Below are positions 63,476-64,000 of a stretch of 64,000 nucleotides of DNA, one piece after another. The stretch spans positions 81,468,001-81,532,000 of the forward strand of contig NC_043006.1 in assembly GCF_006345805.1 (NCBI RefSeq). Reading direction: 5' to 3'. The position numbers were made by a program, and so were the translations under genes. The notes under the pieces are model-generated. The model searched no databases. It saw nothing but the letters and a program-made list of their open reading frames with translations, and was not told the DNA's origin. The DNA comes from Octopus sinensis. Its lineage: Eukaryota. Positions within the stretch are counted from its first letter, which is position 1. Each line of letters opens with the position of its first letter.

Positions 63476-64000
63476 TGGGGGTCACACAATGGCTAAGGGG
63501 TCACACCTTGGCTAAGGTGCATGCAGTGTAGTGCTTTTTTTTTCTGTAGAGCAACATGTGGGAAACAAAGTCTGTTGAACCGAGCAACAATAACAACCAC
63601 ATCAACAGCCAACACTGTTTTTTTTTTGTGTGTGTGTATGTTTTTTTTTTTTTGCTTTCGTTTTTGCAGTTTAGTTTTTTTTTAAAACCCAGGCTAGGAC
63701 TGATCGAACAGTTATATAATTAAAGGTATTCAAGCCGTGACGAGACGATCTTGTTTGCTTCCTGTGTGAAAGGTAACCAAAGATAATTATATTCTGATGT
63801 GATTTTCTTTACTTTTTTTTTTGTTTTTTTGACAAAACCGAATGAAATGTGAGGAAGATTTGTTGTTATTTCTAGTAAGGTCAAGCTACTATGTAGAGGC
63901 GTCTACTTGGTTCTTATTTGTGAAGTGGGCGATAAGAGGAGGTGGAAGTCATTGAAACAAAGCAACAAAAAAGAACCTTTAAAAAAATCTATGGTGGAAG

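Overview
This 64 kb window is AT-rich, gene-poor eukaryotic DNA. The SINE families and dense (TA)n/(GATA)n/(TATG)n/(TAA)n microsatellites look like an octopus (coleoid cephalopod) genome; this is inferred from repeat recognition, not from a search. I find no supportable host exon, and nearly all ORF-track entries are microsatellite or SINE translations. The window is a nested transposon landscape. It holds four tRNA-headed SINE families (my labels A-D) and decayed mariner, maT-like, hAT and pogo-like DNA transposons. It also holds Helitrons, one composite with a PIF1-helicase fragment and a ~163-bp minisatellite, and RTE, CR1-group, Dong/R4-like and Tx1/L1-like LINE fragments. A ~4 kb Naiad-type Penelope-like element has an inverted pLTR. 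The main signals are: (1) type-I hammerhead ribozymes in both pLTR copies, plus a stand-alone U3-A8 variant hammerhead at 31926-31967; (2) three small foldback elements in (TA)n tracts that share the Penelope element's end architecture; (3) an ORF1-only TSD-flanked retroelement; and (4) apparent partitioning of microsatellite targets among retroelement families. Several near-identical tandem duplications may be assembly artefacts. Coordinates were counted by eye and fuzzy boundaries are approximate.
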